64,000 nucleotides of DNA. It comes from Macrostomum lignano. Its lineage: Eukaryota. Made by a program: the position numbers and the translations under genes. The stretch lies in the NCBI GenBank assembly GCA_002269645.1, contig NIVC01001771.1, positions 175,473 through 239,472 on the forward strand, in the 5' to 3' direction. The notes below the pieces were generated by a model. It worked only from the letters and a program-made list of their open reading frames with translations, did no database searches and was not told the DNA's origin. Shown here piece after piece: positions 1 through 12,206 of the stretch (position 1 is its first letter; each line of letters begins with the position of its first letter).

Positions 1-435
1 GGATCTGAGGAATAGGGATCTGAGGAATAGGGATCTGAGGAATAGGGATCTGAGGAATAGGGATCTAAGGAATAGGGATCCAAGGAATAGGGATCTGAGG
101 ATTAGTGATCTGAGGAATAAGGATCTGAGGAATAGGGATCTGGAGAATATGGATCTGAGGAATATGGATCTGAGGAATAGGGATCTGAGGAATAAGGATC
201 TGAGGAATAGGGATCTGAGGAATAAGGATCTGAGGAATGGGGATCTGAGGAATGTGGATCTGGGGAATATGGATCTGGGGAATAGGGATCTGAGGAATAG
301 GGATCTGAGGAATAGGGATCTGAGGAATAGGGATCTGAGGAGTAGGGATCTGAAGAATGGGGATCTGAGGAATGTGGATCTGGGGAATATGGATCTGGGG
401 AATAGGGATCTGAGGAGTAGGGATCTGAGGAATAA
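1..435. repeat. 15-bp minisatellite (GGATCTGAGGAATAG)n, runs off window start
   Basis: About 29 copies with 15-bp period, just downstream of the GPCR-1 stop. Confidence 0.95.
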
Positions 436-497
436 GAAATCCAGGTCCGAATGAAACCAGCCTACTCAAAACACTTCCGGTGAGGAGGATGAACCAC

Positions 498-1320
498 CTA
501 TTCCCTATCGGATCTCCCACCAGCGACATTATCTAAGCGCAGTTCTCCACCGAAGGAGCCGCAGCAGCAGAGGCAGCCACGGCCGGCGAAGATTTCCTTA
601 AACTCCGGCAGGCGGATGAAGTACAGCAGCCAGTTGGTGCCGCACTGCCAGTAGAACAGCCAGTTGAGCACATTTGCCAGGCTGAACAGCATCCCAGTCA
701 CCGCGGCTGTGTGCTCATTTGCTGGCCAGGTGAGCTGCACGACTGTGATGGAGAAGAAGCAGACAGCCCTAGGCAGGGCGCACGCCAGGTAATAGCAGCC
801 GGCAGCAACCAGCGTGACAGCGCTGCGGGCCTCCTGGCTGGACGGCGCGAGGCCGCGGCCGGGTTTGATGCGGCAGATCTTGACAGCCAGCAGGCAGTTG
901 CAGAGCAGCATGAGCAGGCTGGCAAAGACTCCGTTGATCACAAAGTTGGTGTACGCCTGCAGAACGCTGCGCAGCAGCACGCTGGGCAGGGTCGAATAGT
1001 AGCAGACCGGCCGACCGGCGTAGGTGAACGCGTCGAATATGAACGCCGAGTGCACCGAGCCGCCGAGCATGACGGCCAGAGTGGCCAGCAACACGGTCAG
1101 GTACACCTGGCGGGTCATGCGGACTCGGTGGTAGAACGGCGTCATCAGGGCCAGCACGCGGTCCACAGCCAGCAGGCAAAGCAGATTGGTGGAGCTGAAA
1201 GTACCGAATGTCCAGAACAGGCCGTACACTTTGCACAGCACTCTGTCGGTCTTGTGCGGCCCGGTGAAGCCGGGCAGCAGGCTGGCCAGGCCCTCGCTTA
1301 GAAGCTCGTCGCCAACGACG
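498..1320 (-). CDS. Orphan class A GPCR-1, exon 3 (TM3-TM7, C-terminus)
   Basis: Acceptor ccaaag| with phase matching exon 2 (CG+C = Arg). LLAVDRV (DRY-like), extracellular-loop Cys, TM6 YYLACALP, TM7 GTNWLLY, stop at 498. Confidence 0.9.
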
Positions 1321-1430
1321 CTTTGGAGTGTTGGAAATTATTTTTAAAATGATTAGATCAGCTTTTTAAAAATTCAAGGTGCAGAAATGAATGCATGGAT
1401 ATAAATTTGGATTTAAACATGAAATTTTTT

Positions 1431-1650
1431 GGGACTAATTGACGCTATAATGGGACTAAATGGTGATAAAATGGGACTAAATGGTGATAAAATGGGACTA
1501 AATGGTGATAAAATGGGACTAACTGGCGATAAAATGGGACTAATTGGAGATAAAATGGGACTAATTGGAGATAAAATGGGACTAATTGGAGATAAAATGG
1601 GACTAATTGAAGATAAAATGGGACTAATTGAAGATAAAATGGGACTAAAT
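1431..1650. repeat. 21-bp minisatellite (ATAAAATGGGACTAATTGGAG-like) in GPCR-1 intron 2
   Basis: About 10 copies; it generates the spurious MGLNGDK ORF. Confidence 0.9.
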
Positions 1651-1686
1651 GGCGCTAAAACGAGATTAGCAGGTCGCCGCCCTCAC

Positions 1687-1939
1687 CGGACCAGCACAAC
1701 CAGAGTATCGCAGGCCGTGATGGCGAACAGCACGATGTCCTTGCCCTTGATCTGGCGCCAGTTGCGCCACAGCACGGTGAACACCAGCGCGAAACCCACA
1801 AAGCCGAAGGCGGCTACCAGGGGGCTGAAGTACAAGCTCAGCACAGCGTGCACTCGGTTCAGAGCCGAGGCGGTCTCGCGGAGGCCGCTCCAGGAATCTT
1901 CGCCTGCCGGGTACGGATTTTCCTTGCGTAGCTTAGCGA
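1687..1939 (-). CDS. Orphan GPCR-1, exon 2 (N-terminus, TM1, TM2)
   Basis: Manual translation VAKLRKENPYP...LSLYFSPLVAAFGFVGFALVFTVLW...LFAITACDTLVVLV; donor cg|gtgagg; acceptor atcaag|. Confidence 0.85.
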
Positions 1940-1944
1940 CTTGA

Positions 1945-4199
1945 TATGGGGATCTGAGGAATGGGGATCTGGGGAATGGGGATCTGGGGAATGGGGATCT
2001 GGGGAATGGGGATCTGGGGAATGGGGATCTGGGGAATGGGGATCTGGGGAATGGGGATCTGGGGAATGGGGATCTGGGGAATGGAGATCTGGGGAATGGG
2101 GATCTGGGGAATGGGGATCTGGGGAATGGGGATCTGGGGAATGGGGATCTGGGGAATGGGGATCTGGGGAATGGGGATCTGGGGAATGGGGATCTGGGAA
2201 TGGGGATCTGGGGAATGGGGATCTGGGAATGGGGATCTGGGGAATGGGGATCTGGGGAATGGGGATCTGGGGAATGGGGATCTGGGGAATGGGGATCTGG
2301 GGAATGGGGATCTGGGGAATGGGGATCTGGGGAATGGGGATCTGGGGAATGGGGATCTGGGGAATGGGGATCTGGGGAATGGGGATCTGGGAATGGGGAT
2401 CTGGGGAATGGGGATCTGGGGAATGGGGATCTGGGGAATGGGGATCTGGGGAATGGGGATCTGGGGAATGGGGATCTGGGGAATGGGGATCTGGGGAATG
2501 GGGATCTGGGGAATGGGGATCTGGGGAATGGGGATCTGGGGAATGGGGATCTGGGGAATGGGGATCTGGGGAATGGGGATCTGGGGAATGGGGATCTGGG
2601 GAATGGGGATCTGGGGAATGGGGATCTGGGGAATGGGGATCTGGGGAATGGGGATCTGGGGAATGGGGATCTGGGGAATGGGGATCTGGGGAATGGGGAT
2701 CTGGGGAATGGGGATCTGGGAATGGGGATCTGGGGAATGGGGATCTGGGGAATGGGGATCTGGGGAATGGGGATCTGGGGAATGGGGATCTGGGGAATGG
2801 GGATCTGGGGAATGGGGATCTGGGGAATGGGGATCTGGGGAATGGGGATCTGGGGAATGGGGATCTGGGGAATGGGGATCTGGGAATGGGGATCTGGGGA
2901 ATGGGGATCTGGGGAATGGGGATCTGGGGAATGGGGATCTGGGGAATGGGGATCTGGGGAATGGGGATCTGGGGAATGGGGATCTGGGGAATGGGGATCT
3001 GGGGAATGGGGATCTGGGGAATGGGGATCTGGGGAATGGGGATCTGGGAATGGGGATCTGGGGAATGGGGATCTGGGGAATGGGGATCTGGGGAATGGGG
3101 ATCTGGGGAATGGGGATCTGGGGAATGGGGATCTGGGGAATGGGGATCTGGGAATGGGGATCTGGGGAATGGGGATCTGGGGAATGGGGATCTGGGGAAT
3201 GGGGATCTGGGGAATGGGGATCTGGGGAATGGGGATCTGGGGAATGGGGATCTGGGGAATGGGGATCTGGGGAATGGGGATCTGGGGAATGGGGATCTGG
3301 GGAATGGGGATCTGGGGAATGGGGATCTGGGGAATGGGGATCTGGGGAATGGGGATCTGGGGAATGGGGATCTGGGGAATGGGGATCTGGGGAATGGGGA
3401 TCTGGGGAATGGGGATCTGGGGAATGGGGATCTGGGGAATGGGGATCTGGGGAATGGGGATCTGGGGAATGGGGATCTGGGGAATGGGGATCTGGGGAAT
3501 GGGGATCTGGGGAATGGGGATCTGGGGAATGGGGATCTGGGGAATGGGGATCTGGGGAATGGGGATCTGGGGAATGGGGATCTGGGAATGGGGATCTGGG
3601 GAATGGGGATCTGGGGAATGGGGATCTGGGGAATGGGGATCTGGGGAATGGGGATCTGGGGAATGGGGATCTGGGGAATGGGGATCTGGGGAATGGGGAT
3701 CTGGGGAATGGGGATCTGGGGAATGGGGATCTGGGGAATGGGGATCTGGGAATGGGGATCTGGGAATGGGGATCTGAGGAATGGGGATCTGGGGAATGGG
3801 GATCTGGGGAATAGGGATCTGGGGAATAGGGATCAGAGGAATAGGGATCTGAGGAATAGGGATCTGAGGAATAGGGATCAGAGGAATAGGGATCTGGGGA
3901 ATGGGGATCTGGGGAATGGGGATCTGGGGAATGGGGATCTGGGGAATGGGGATCTGGGGAATGGGGATCTGGGGAATGGGGATCTGGGGAATGGGGATCT
4001 GGGGAATGGGGATCTGGGGAATGGGGATCTGGGGAATGGGGATCTGGGGAATGGGGATCTGGGGAATGGGGATCTGGGGAATGGGGATCTGGGGAATGGG
4101 GATCTGGGGAATGGGGATCTGGGGAATGGGGATCTGGGGAATGGGGATCTGGGGAATGGGGATCTGGGGAATGGGGATCTGGGAATGGGGATCTGGGAA
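1945..4199. repeat. 15-bp G-run minisatellite (GGGGATCTGGGGAAT)n in GPCR-1 intron 1
   Basis: About 150 near-identical copies with occasional 14-bp units. Confidence 0.97.
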
Positions 4200-4366
4200 A
4201 TAATAGGAACCTAAGTATTAAGACTCTGTCCTAGTGAATTAAGATCTGGATTTGGGAACAGGGATCCCTGGGATGCGGGATCAAGTTTGTGGCTGTCAAT
4301 GACCCTCGAATTGCAGTAATTAATGTTCCTCTGAAAAAACTTAAACCAGCGCTCAATGCAGCTCAC

Positions 4367-4382
4367 CTGACTTGTTAGACAT
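4367..4382 (-). CDS. Orphan GPCR-1, putative 16-nt first coding exon (MSNKS+G)
   Basis: ATG TCT AAC AAG TCA G|gtgagc. The phase-1 join to exon 2 gives a 363-aa ORF with an NKS sequon. Short exon, so inferred. Confidence 0.6.
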
Positions 4383-4629
4383 TTCTTCCCTATCCGGCTG
4401 GGTAGCCCAAGTGGGTCGGCCGATCTTGCAGAGACAACTAAGACTGAATTTATGAATAAATTGAGTTTTTGATGATGAATAGAGGCTGAACCAACCGACT
4501 CGGGATTGGCTGTCGCTTTTTTAATTCACTTTTTATAATCTCCCCGCCATGGTCAGCCAAAGCAGGATGCTGCAACTTGGCCGGATTTCGCTGCATCGGC
4601 GAGGCAGGAAGTTTTCAGTTTTTGATTTG

Positions 4630-5222
4630 ATTTAGAATGAGTCATTCAGGATCTGGGATTTAAGAATGAGTCATTCAGGATCTTGGATTTAAGAATGAGT
4701 CATTCAGGATCTGGGATTTAAGAATGAGTCATTCAGGATCTGGGATTTAAGAATGAGTCATTCAGGATCTGGGATTTAAGAATGAGTCATTCAGGATCTG
4801 GGATTTAAGAATGAGTCATTCAGGATCTTGGATTTAAGAATGAGTCATTCAGGATCTGGGATTTAAGAATGAGTCATTCAGGATCTGGGATTTAAGAATG
4901 AGTCATTCAGGATCTGGGATTTAAGAATGAGTCATTCAGGATCTGGGATTTAAGAATGAGTCATTCAGGATCTGGGATTTAAGAATGAGTCATTTAGGAT
5001 CTTGGATTCAAGAATGAGTCATTCGGGATCTGGGATTTAAGAATGAGTCATTCAGGATCTGGGATTTAAGAATGAGTCATTCAGGATCTGGGATTTAAGA
5101 ATGAGTCATTTAGGATCTTGGATTCAAGAATGAGTCATTCGGGATCTGGGATTTAAGAATGAGTCATTCGGGATCTGGGATTTAAGAATGAGTCATTCAG
5201 GATCTTGGATTAAGAATGAGTC
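4630..5222. repeat. 29-bp minisatellite (GATCTGGGATTTAAGAATGAGTCATTCAG)n
   Basis: About 20 copies, 29-bp period. Confidence 0.95.
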
Positions 5223-6276
5223 ATCGAAATGGGGGTAGAGGTTTCGTGTGGAGTCTGAGGATTTAAGCTTGGCTGGGGGGGGGTAAGAGCCAATAAATGA
5301 GCCTTGTCTTTAAAAAATACATAAAAAATGCTTCAATTGAACTTGCAACTGAACTGAAAGTTCAGTTAACTAATTAATAGGGAAAGTTAAGTAATAGGGT
5401 TAACTAATACGCTTTGAGAACTTTATTACTTTTCTGTCTGCCAACATCAGTTGGTAAAAAAAATATTGTTTTACTCTTTATGAAATCTCCATACACTTAC
5501 TTGGAGCCCCTATAAGTGGGGAATAAGAGAACCTGTGCGAGACCTTTCATACACAGAAGATGAAGAAGATCGAAAGAGACAGACAAATCAAATCAAAAAT
5601 GATGGCTGAAGCTGGGAGAGCGAAGACACGGAGGATTCTGACTGAAATGGAAAGATTCTGTTTAATATGAAACTGAGTTTGTCTTAATTGAATTTCTGCA
5701 AGCCTTCTGCAGCACAGACATGCACAGCGCAGCGAATTCTGCTTTGGCTGACGTCCTTGATGGATGTTTGAGAGCCTCTCAGTAAATATTATTTTCTCTT
5801 TAATCATAACTGGTGCATAAACAATTACGAGTATTTATTATAACAGTACAACAGCAGTTTTTAGAGTCCTTGTGGCAATTTGCATTCAGCCCGGCACGCT
5901 TCACAGAAAGCAGCTTTGAACAGCTTTGTTTTTTAGTTCAATGCACGCGCCAGATCAAATTTTTCTCAGGTTTAAAAAGCATGAAATACTACTGAATTCA
6001 AGATTGACAGTTGTTATAATTAAAGTGGCAAAATTTAAACCATACCCAGTTGACAGTATCAGTAGAATGGGATAGATACTTAGTCTAATAGGATTGCATA
6101 GGATAGGATAAGAGGATGCATATTTTGAATAGAACAACACAGAGGCGGAGCGCAGTTGTATTTAAATACAGGCGTGAGAACGCGGATGCCAACAGCCGAA
6201 ATCTGCTTGCAGGACAAATTAGCCCCACACAGAAACACGCTGGCTGTATGGCTTTTTTACTTTGATACCAAACAGC

Positions 6277-7279
6277 CAATCAGCTATTTAACCAATCAAT
6301 CAGCTATTTAATCAATCAATCAGCTATTTAATCAATCAATCAGCTATTTAACCAATGAATCAGCTAGTTAATCAATCAATCAGCTATTTAATCAATCAAT
6401 CAGCTAGTTAATCAATCAATCAGCTATTTAATCAATCAATCAGCTATTTAATCAATCAATCAGCTAGTTAATCAATCAGTCAGCTATTTAACCAATCAAT
6501 CAGCTAGTTAATCAATCAGTCAGCTATTTAATCAATCAATCAGCTATTTAATCAATCAATCAGCTATTTAACCAATGAATCAGCTAGTTAATCAATCAAT
6601 CAGCTATTTAATCAATCAATCAGCTAGTTAATCAATCAATCAGCTATTTAATCAATCAATCAGCTATTTAATCAATCAATCAGCTATTTAATCAATCAAT
6701 CAGCTATTTAATCAATCAATCAGCTAGTTAATCAATCAATCAGCTAGTTAATCAATCAATCAGCTAGTTAATCAATCAATCAGCTAGTTAATCAATCAAT
6801 CCGCTAGTTAATCAATCAATCAGCTATTTAATCAATCAATCCGCTAGTTAATCAATCAATCAGCTATTTAATCAATCAATCAGCTAGTTAATCAATCAAT
6901 CAGCTAGTTAATCAATCAATCAGCTAGTTAATCAATCAGTCAGCTAGTTAGTCAATCAATCAGCTATTTAATCAATCAATCAACTAGTTAATCAATCAAT
7001 CAGCTAGTTAGTCAATCAATCAGCTATTTAATCAATCAATCAACTAGTTAATCAATCAATCAGCTAGTTAATCAATCAATCAGCTAGTTAATCAATCAAT
7101 CAGCTATTTAATCAATCAATCCGCTAGTTAATCAATCAATCAGCTAGTTAATCAATCAATCAGCTAGTTAATTAATCAATCAATCAGCTAGTAAACCAAT
7201 CATTCAATCAATCAATCAACCAATAAACCAGTCAATCAATGAATCAATCAATAAATCAAAAAATCAATCAGTCAATCAG

Positions 7280-7336
<57 letters not shown>

Positions 7337-7403
7337 CAATCAGTCAGCTAGCCAATCAATAAATCACTCAATCAATAAATCAATCAATCAATCAATCAGC
7401 TAG

Positions 7404-7436
<33 letters not shown>

Positions 7437-7535
7437 CAAACAATCAATCAGCTAGCTAATCAATAAATCACTAAATCAATCAATCAATCAATCAATCAAA
7501 CAAACAATCAATCAGCTAGCTAATCAATAAATCAC

Positions 7536-7576
<41 letters not shown>

Positions 7577-7715
7577 CAATCAGCTAGCCAATCAATCAAT
7601 CAATCAATCAATCAAACAAACAATCAATCAGCTAGCTAATCAATAAATCACTCAATCAATCAATCAATCAATCAATCAAACAAACAATCAATCAGCTAGC
7701 TAATCAATAAATCAC

Positions 7716-7758
<43 letters not shown>

Positions 7759-7778
7759 GCTAGCCAATCAATCAATCA
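6277..7778. repeat. 20-bp (AATCAATCAATCAGCTAKTT)n array grading into (AATC)n mosaic
   Basis: Visible period; abuts the GPCR-2 stop codon. Confidence 0.95.
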
Positions 7779-7779
7779 C

Positions 7780-8142
7780 TCAACCGCAGCAGAAGAGATT
7801 CTTCAAGAAATTGGTCAGCGCCAGCCGGTACTGCCTATTGGCGTACGCGTAGATCAAAGCGTTGGTTGAAAAGTGCAAAAAGTACATGGCCTGCGTTGCC
7901 AGGCGGGCGATGTTGTACTTGTAGACGGCGGCTGGGCCGACAGGAGTGTCGATTAGCCAGTAGAGCAGTGCGGCGTAGTGCGGCAGGTTGAGGGCCAGGT
8001 AAGCCACGGAGAAGATTACCAGCATCCGGGTGATCTGGTGCTGGTGCCGGGCCGCCTCCCTTGCGTTGAGTTGCCGCCGCCGCTGCTGCTGAGCTGCTGG
8101 ATGGTCGGTCGCAACGCTGAACTGCTGCTGCTGCTGCTGCTG
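7780..8142 (-). CDS. Orphan class A GPCR-2, exon 3 (end of ICL3, TM6, TM7)
   Basis: [14 protein letters not shown]...[18 protein letters not shown]...[16 protein letters not shown]; acceptor acgcag| in a CAG run, so the start may shift in 3-nt steps. Confidence 0.88.
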   Translation of the reverse strand, partial: QQQQQQQFSVATDHPAAQQQRRRQLNAREAARHQHQITRMLVIFSVAYLALNLPHYAALLYWLIDTPVGPAAVYKYNIARLATQAMYFLHFSTNALIYAYANRQYRLALTNFLKNLFCCG

Positions 8143-8319
8143 CTGCGTATCAGCGGTGATGGATTAGAATGATTAGCAGTGTGAGCTGGCATTTGAAATA
8201 AACTAATTCGTGCCTTGCTTTTCCTTTGCCTGATTAACTTTGCAATCTGCTTTGGATTGGAGTGGAGTAGCTGGCCGAGTTGGATGGAGCGTTTGAGCTA
8301 GACTCTGTTGATAGTTATT

Positions 8320-8860
<541 letters not shown>

Positions 8861-9521
8861 AATATATAAATCAATAAAAGGGACTTATTTTCGACTTTTA
8901 CTTCTGAATTAACACAACAATTTTAACTCAGTCACACCACTAGTATTAGCCACTACGAGAAAGTGACAATTAAGAACACTTGCATTGTTTAAAAAAAAGA
9001 CAGGCACTTTCCTGTCTCTACAGATTCGTCTATTAGCTTCGGCAAAAGTCAGTTCTGAACTATGGTTTTTTCCCGAATGTGTTGCCACCCCGACTTAATA
9101 AAATTCTTAGGGCATGCAGCTCAGATGCAGCTGGCCGGAAGCTGTGCGCTTTATTTAACGAAAATCTTGTGACCAGCAGGGGCCTCCTGTTTTTTGGCCT
9201 GGACTTTCTTAGAGATACAGACGGAGTGAAAGAGAGAGAATTCGCCAAACACTCTAATTTCGCTACTCATCAGTAGTTAGCAAAAGGTTATTGCATGTAA
9301 AAATAGATGGAACGCAAAAAATCTATTCTAATTTGAAAACGCGTTGAAAGTGAAACCTGCTTTCTGCTACTGAATTTCTCACGGCAAAGACGGTGTGGAC
9401 TCAAGCCAGCATTACTGAACATACCCAAGCGATGCTATAGGCTCGGTGCTACGACCCCAAACAGATGTCACAGCCAATTACAGCAGGGTGACTGGAGCTC
9501 AGCTAAATTTGTCACGAAATT

Positions 9522-9775
9522 CAACCGACAGCTCAGCCGCAGCTATTGCGCGGCGCATCTGAAGGCTGCGTACGGCTGTTCAGTCCAAGGACTGGGGGGT
9601 CGCCACACGCACCCTCAATTACCCCAGCTAATGCTGGCACCCATTTTACAGCTGGGTGAACTGAAACAATACAGAGTTGAGTGTCTTGCTCAAGGACACA
9701 AGTTGTTCCAGTGGGATCAGGAATCGAACCCCCGACCTTTCAAGTTGTGAGTCCGACGCTCTAACCACTAGGCTA
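9522..9775 (-). mobile_element. tRNA-derived SINE with CORE-like central domain
   Basis: Minus strand reads TAGCCTAGTGGTTAGAGCG (A box), GGTTCGATTCC (B box), then GTGTCCTTGAGCAAGACACT...CAGCTGTAAAATGGG. Second copy at about 22010-22258. Confidence 0.8.
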
Positions 9776-9914
9776 CAACGCTCTGATAGGCTACTAACCC
9801 TAACCAACACTGCTTAACCTACAGTTCGACTAGTAGAGACTTCCCTTTAAGCTTTATGTTTATCCATTATGGGAGAAGTTCTGCACTCCAGTCCAGAAGC
9901 TTGAAGCCACTCAC

Positions 9915-10607
9915 GCCGCTGCGACTCTCCTGCCCGCTGGGGTCGCCGGAGGTGGCCGCCTCGTCCTCCTCGTCCTCCTCGTGCTCGTGCAGGTGGCAAT
10001 GGCACTCGTGCACCGGAAGCGATGAGGACCAGGGCGGCGCCTGCCTGGCCCGCTGCCGGAAGTGGCCGCCGCGCAGCCAGCCGGTGGACACGACAAGCCG
10101 GTCGCTAGCAGCCATTGAATCGTCGCTGAACATGTCGCTTTGAAGTGGCCGACGCTGTGCCTCCAGCGACGGGTTTGCCTCATCGCCCCCCGGCTGAAGC
10201 TCGGCGGCAGCTTCACCCGAGCCGCTGCCAGCCGGACGGCACTGTCTCAGCCTCGAGTAGAACGATCGCACAGCGCAGCAGATGTAGCAGTTGGCCACGG
10301 CGATGAGAAGGCCGGGCGCGAACGAGCAGACCACGGCGTCCATGGCTACCCAGGCCCGCTGGCTGCTGCTCACCCGGCAGAATCGCTGACTGCCGCCCGA
10401 CTGATCGGCGCTGAACTCAATCAGCAGGAAGGTGTGCACGCTCCAGGCCAGCCCGAAGGCCACCACAATCAGCTGGAGGCGGCCGGCCTTGCCCGATGAG
10501 TCTCTGTGAGCAGCCGGAGCAGCGTTGGAGCCGGGCGAGCACAGGCAGAGGCAGCGGTCAAGGCTGAGGCCCACTAGGAGCCACGGGCTCAGGAAGGACA
10601 GCAGGCC
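9915..10607 (-). CDS. Orphan GPCR-2, exon 2 (TM3-TM5, long ICL3)
   Basis: ccgcag|GLLSFLSPWLLVGLSLDRCLC...DAVVCSFAPGLLIAVAN; donor ggc|gtgagt, phase 0. Confidence 0.9.
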
Positions 10608-10679
10608 CTGCGGCGGGAGGAGACCGCGGCGTCCGTTTATTGGGGTGTCTGTTAATTGCGGTGTCTGTTAATTGGGGTG

Positions 10680-11668
10680 TCTTGGCACTCCATAATCCTA
10701 CTTGGCACTCTATAATGGAACTGGGTACTCTATAATCTAACTTGGCACTCTATATCTTAACTTGGCGCTCTATATCTTAACTTGCAACTCTATATCTAAC
10801 TTGCAACTCTATATCTAACTTGCAACTCTATATCTAACTTGCAACTCTATATCTAACTTGCAACTCTATATCTAACTTGCAACTCTATATCTAACTTGCA
10901 ACTCTATATCTAACTTGCAACTCTATATCTAACTTGCAACTCTATATCTAACTTGCAACTCTATATCTTAACTTGCAACTCTATATCCTAACTTGCAACT
11001 CTATATCTTAACTTGGCACTCTATATCTAACTTGCAACTCTATATCCTAACTTGCAACTCTATATCTTAACTTGCAACTCTATATCCTAACTTGCAACTC
11101 TATATCTTAACTTGGCACTCTATATCTAACTTGGCACTCTATATCTAACTTGGCACTCTATATCTAACTTGGCACTCTATATCTAACTTGGCACTCTATA
11201 TCTTAACTTGCAACTCTATATCTTAACTTGGCACTCTATATCTAACTTGGCACTCTATATCTAACTTGGCACTCTATATCTTAACTTGCAACTCTATATC
11301 TTAACTTGGCACTCTATATCTAACTTGGCACTCTATAATCTAACTTGGCAGTCTATATCTTAACTTGGCACTCTATAATCCAACTTGGCACTCTATATCT
11401 TAACTTGGCACTCTATAATCTAACTTGGCACTCTATATCTAACTTGGCACTCTATATCTTAACTTGGCACTCTATATCTAACTTGGCACTCTATATCTTA
11501 ACTTGGCACTCTATATCTAACTTGGCACTCTATAACGGAACTTGGCACTCTATAATAGAACTTGGCACTCTATATATTAACTTGGCACTCTATAATCAAA
11601 CTTGGCAGTCTATATCTTAACTTGGCTCTCTATAATAGAACTTGGCACTCTATAATCTAACTTGGCAC
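10680..11668. repeat. 19-21-bp minisatellite (AACTTGGCACTCTATATCT)n in GPCR-2 intron 1
   Basis: About 48 copies. Confidence 0.95.
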
Positions 11669-11803
11669 ACGAGAAGCCAACTTGGAGCTCCGCAAGCTGA
11701 CTTAGCATTCTAAAATCATTCTACTCGCGAAGACTACTTGTCACTCCAGGCTTATACTCGTAGCAACTATGTGCATATTTAATGGGATGCGAAGCCAAAT
11801 TAC

Positions 11804-12097
11804 CTGTAGCAGGGTGCCCAGGTAGCAGCCAAGGACGCCCCGATTCTGCAGCCGGCCCAGCCCCTCTGCCAGATAGGCCAGCAGCAGCAGGCAGTCGATG
11901 GCGCTGAGGAAGCGCAGCACCCTGGACAGGTAGTGGCGCCGCACTGGACTGCAGCAGAAGACGCAAAAGTTCATCAGATTGATGGCCACGCCAGCGGCGG
12001 CGATGCTGGCGTTCAGGAAAGCCAGAATTTCCATAACTTGAGCCAGTTTATCAAACAGCTCGTCTGAAGCGGCTGCCGTGTGATTTTTGCTGACCAT
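11804..12097 (-). CDS. Orphan GPCR-2, exon 1 (N-terminus, TM1, TM2)
   Basis: MVSKNHT (sequon), GVAINLMNFCVF (TM1 N), FLSAIDCLLLL (TM2 D), ECL1 Cys; donor cag|gtaatt. Joined protein about 449 aa. Confidence 0.88.
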
Positions 12098-12206
12098 TAG
12101 CCGCTCCTTGAAATCGTTATAAGTATAGAGGCTTCTTTTGTTTGGATATGAGCTGCTTAGATATGAACTGAGTAGAGGGAGCAAATCAAAGACTATTCAT
12201 AGGATA

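Noticed and set aside
698-1301. Overlapping alternative-frame ORFs over GPCR, SF3A3 and PABPC exons
   Set aside because: Shadow ORFs from GC-rich codon usage; the real frames carry the conserved motifs.
1941-4214. Long ORFs (WGSGE, GNGDL, MGIWG repeats), and likewise 65-529, 40373-41038, 41077-41808 read-through and 42256-42948
   Set aside because: Stop-free translations of tandem repeats that lie inside introns defined by phase-consistent junctions.
5547-6279. Short hydrophobic ORFs between the two GPCRs
   Set aside because: No consistent frame, splice signals or recognisable motifs.
9205-9278. Hammerhead-like core on the minus strand (CTGATGA-GTAGC-GAAA with TTAGAG/CTCTAA stem)
   Set aside because: The required NUH cleavage triplet is absent (AGA) and stem I has only about 3 bp; at best a dead remnant. 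An Infernal search with hammerhead models would settle it.
9700-9775. Functional tRNA gene (also 17317-17390, about 29170-29210 and 44560-44612)
   Set aside because: A/B boxes are present but there is no closed cloverleaf or acceptor stem; these continue into SINE bodies or are fragments.
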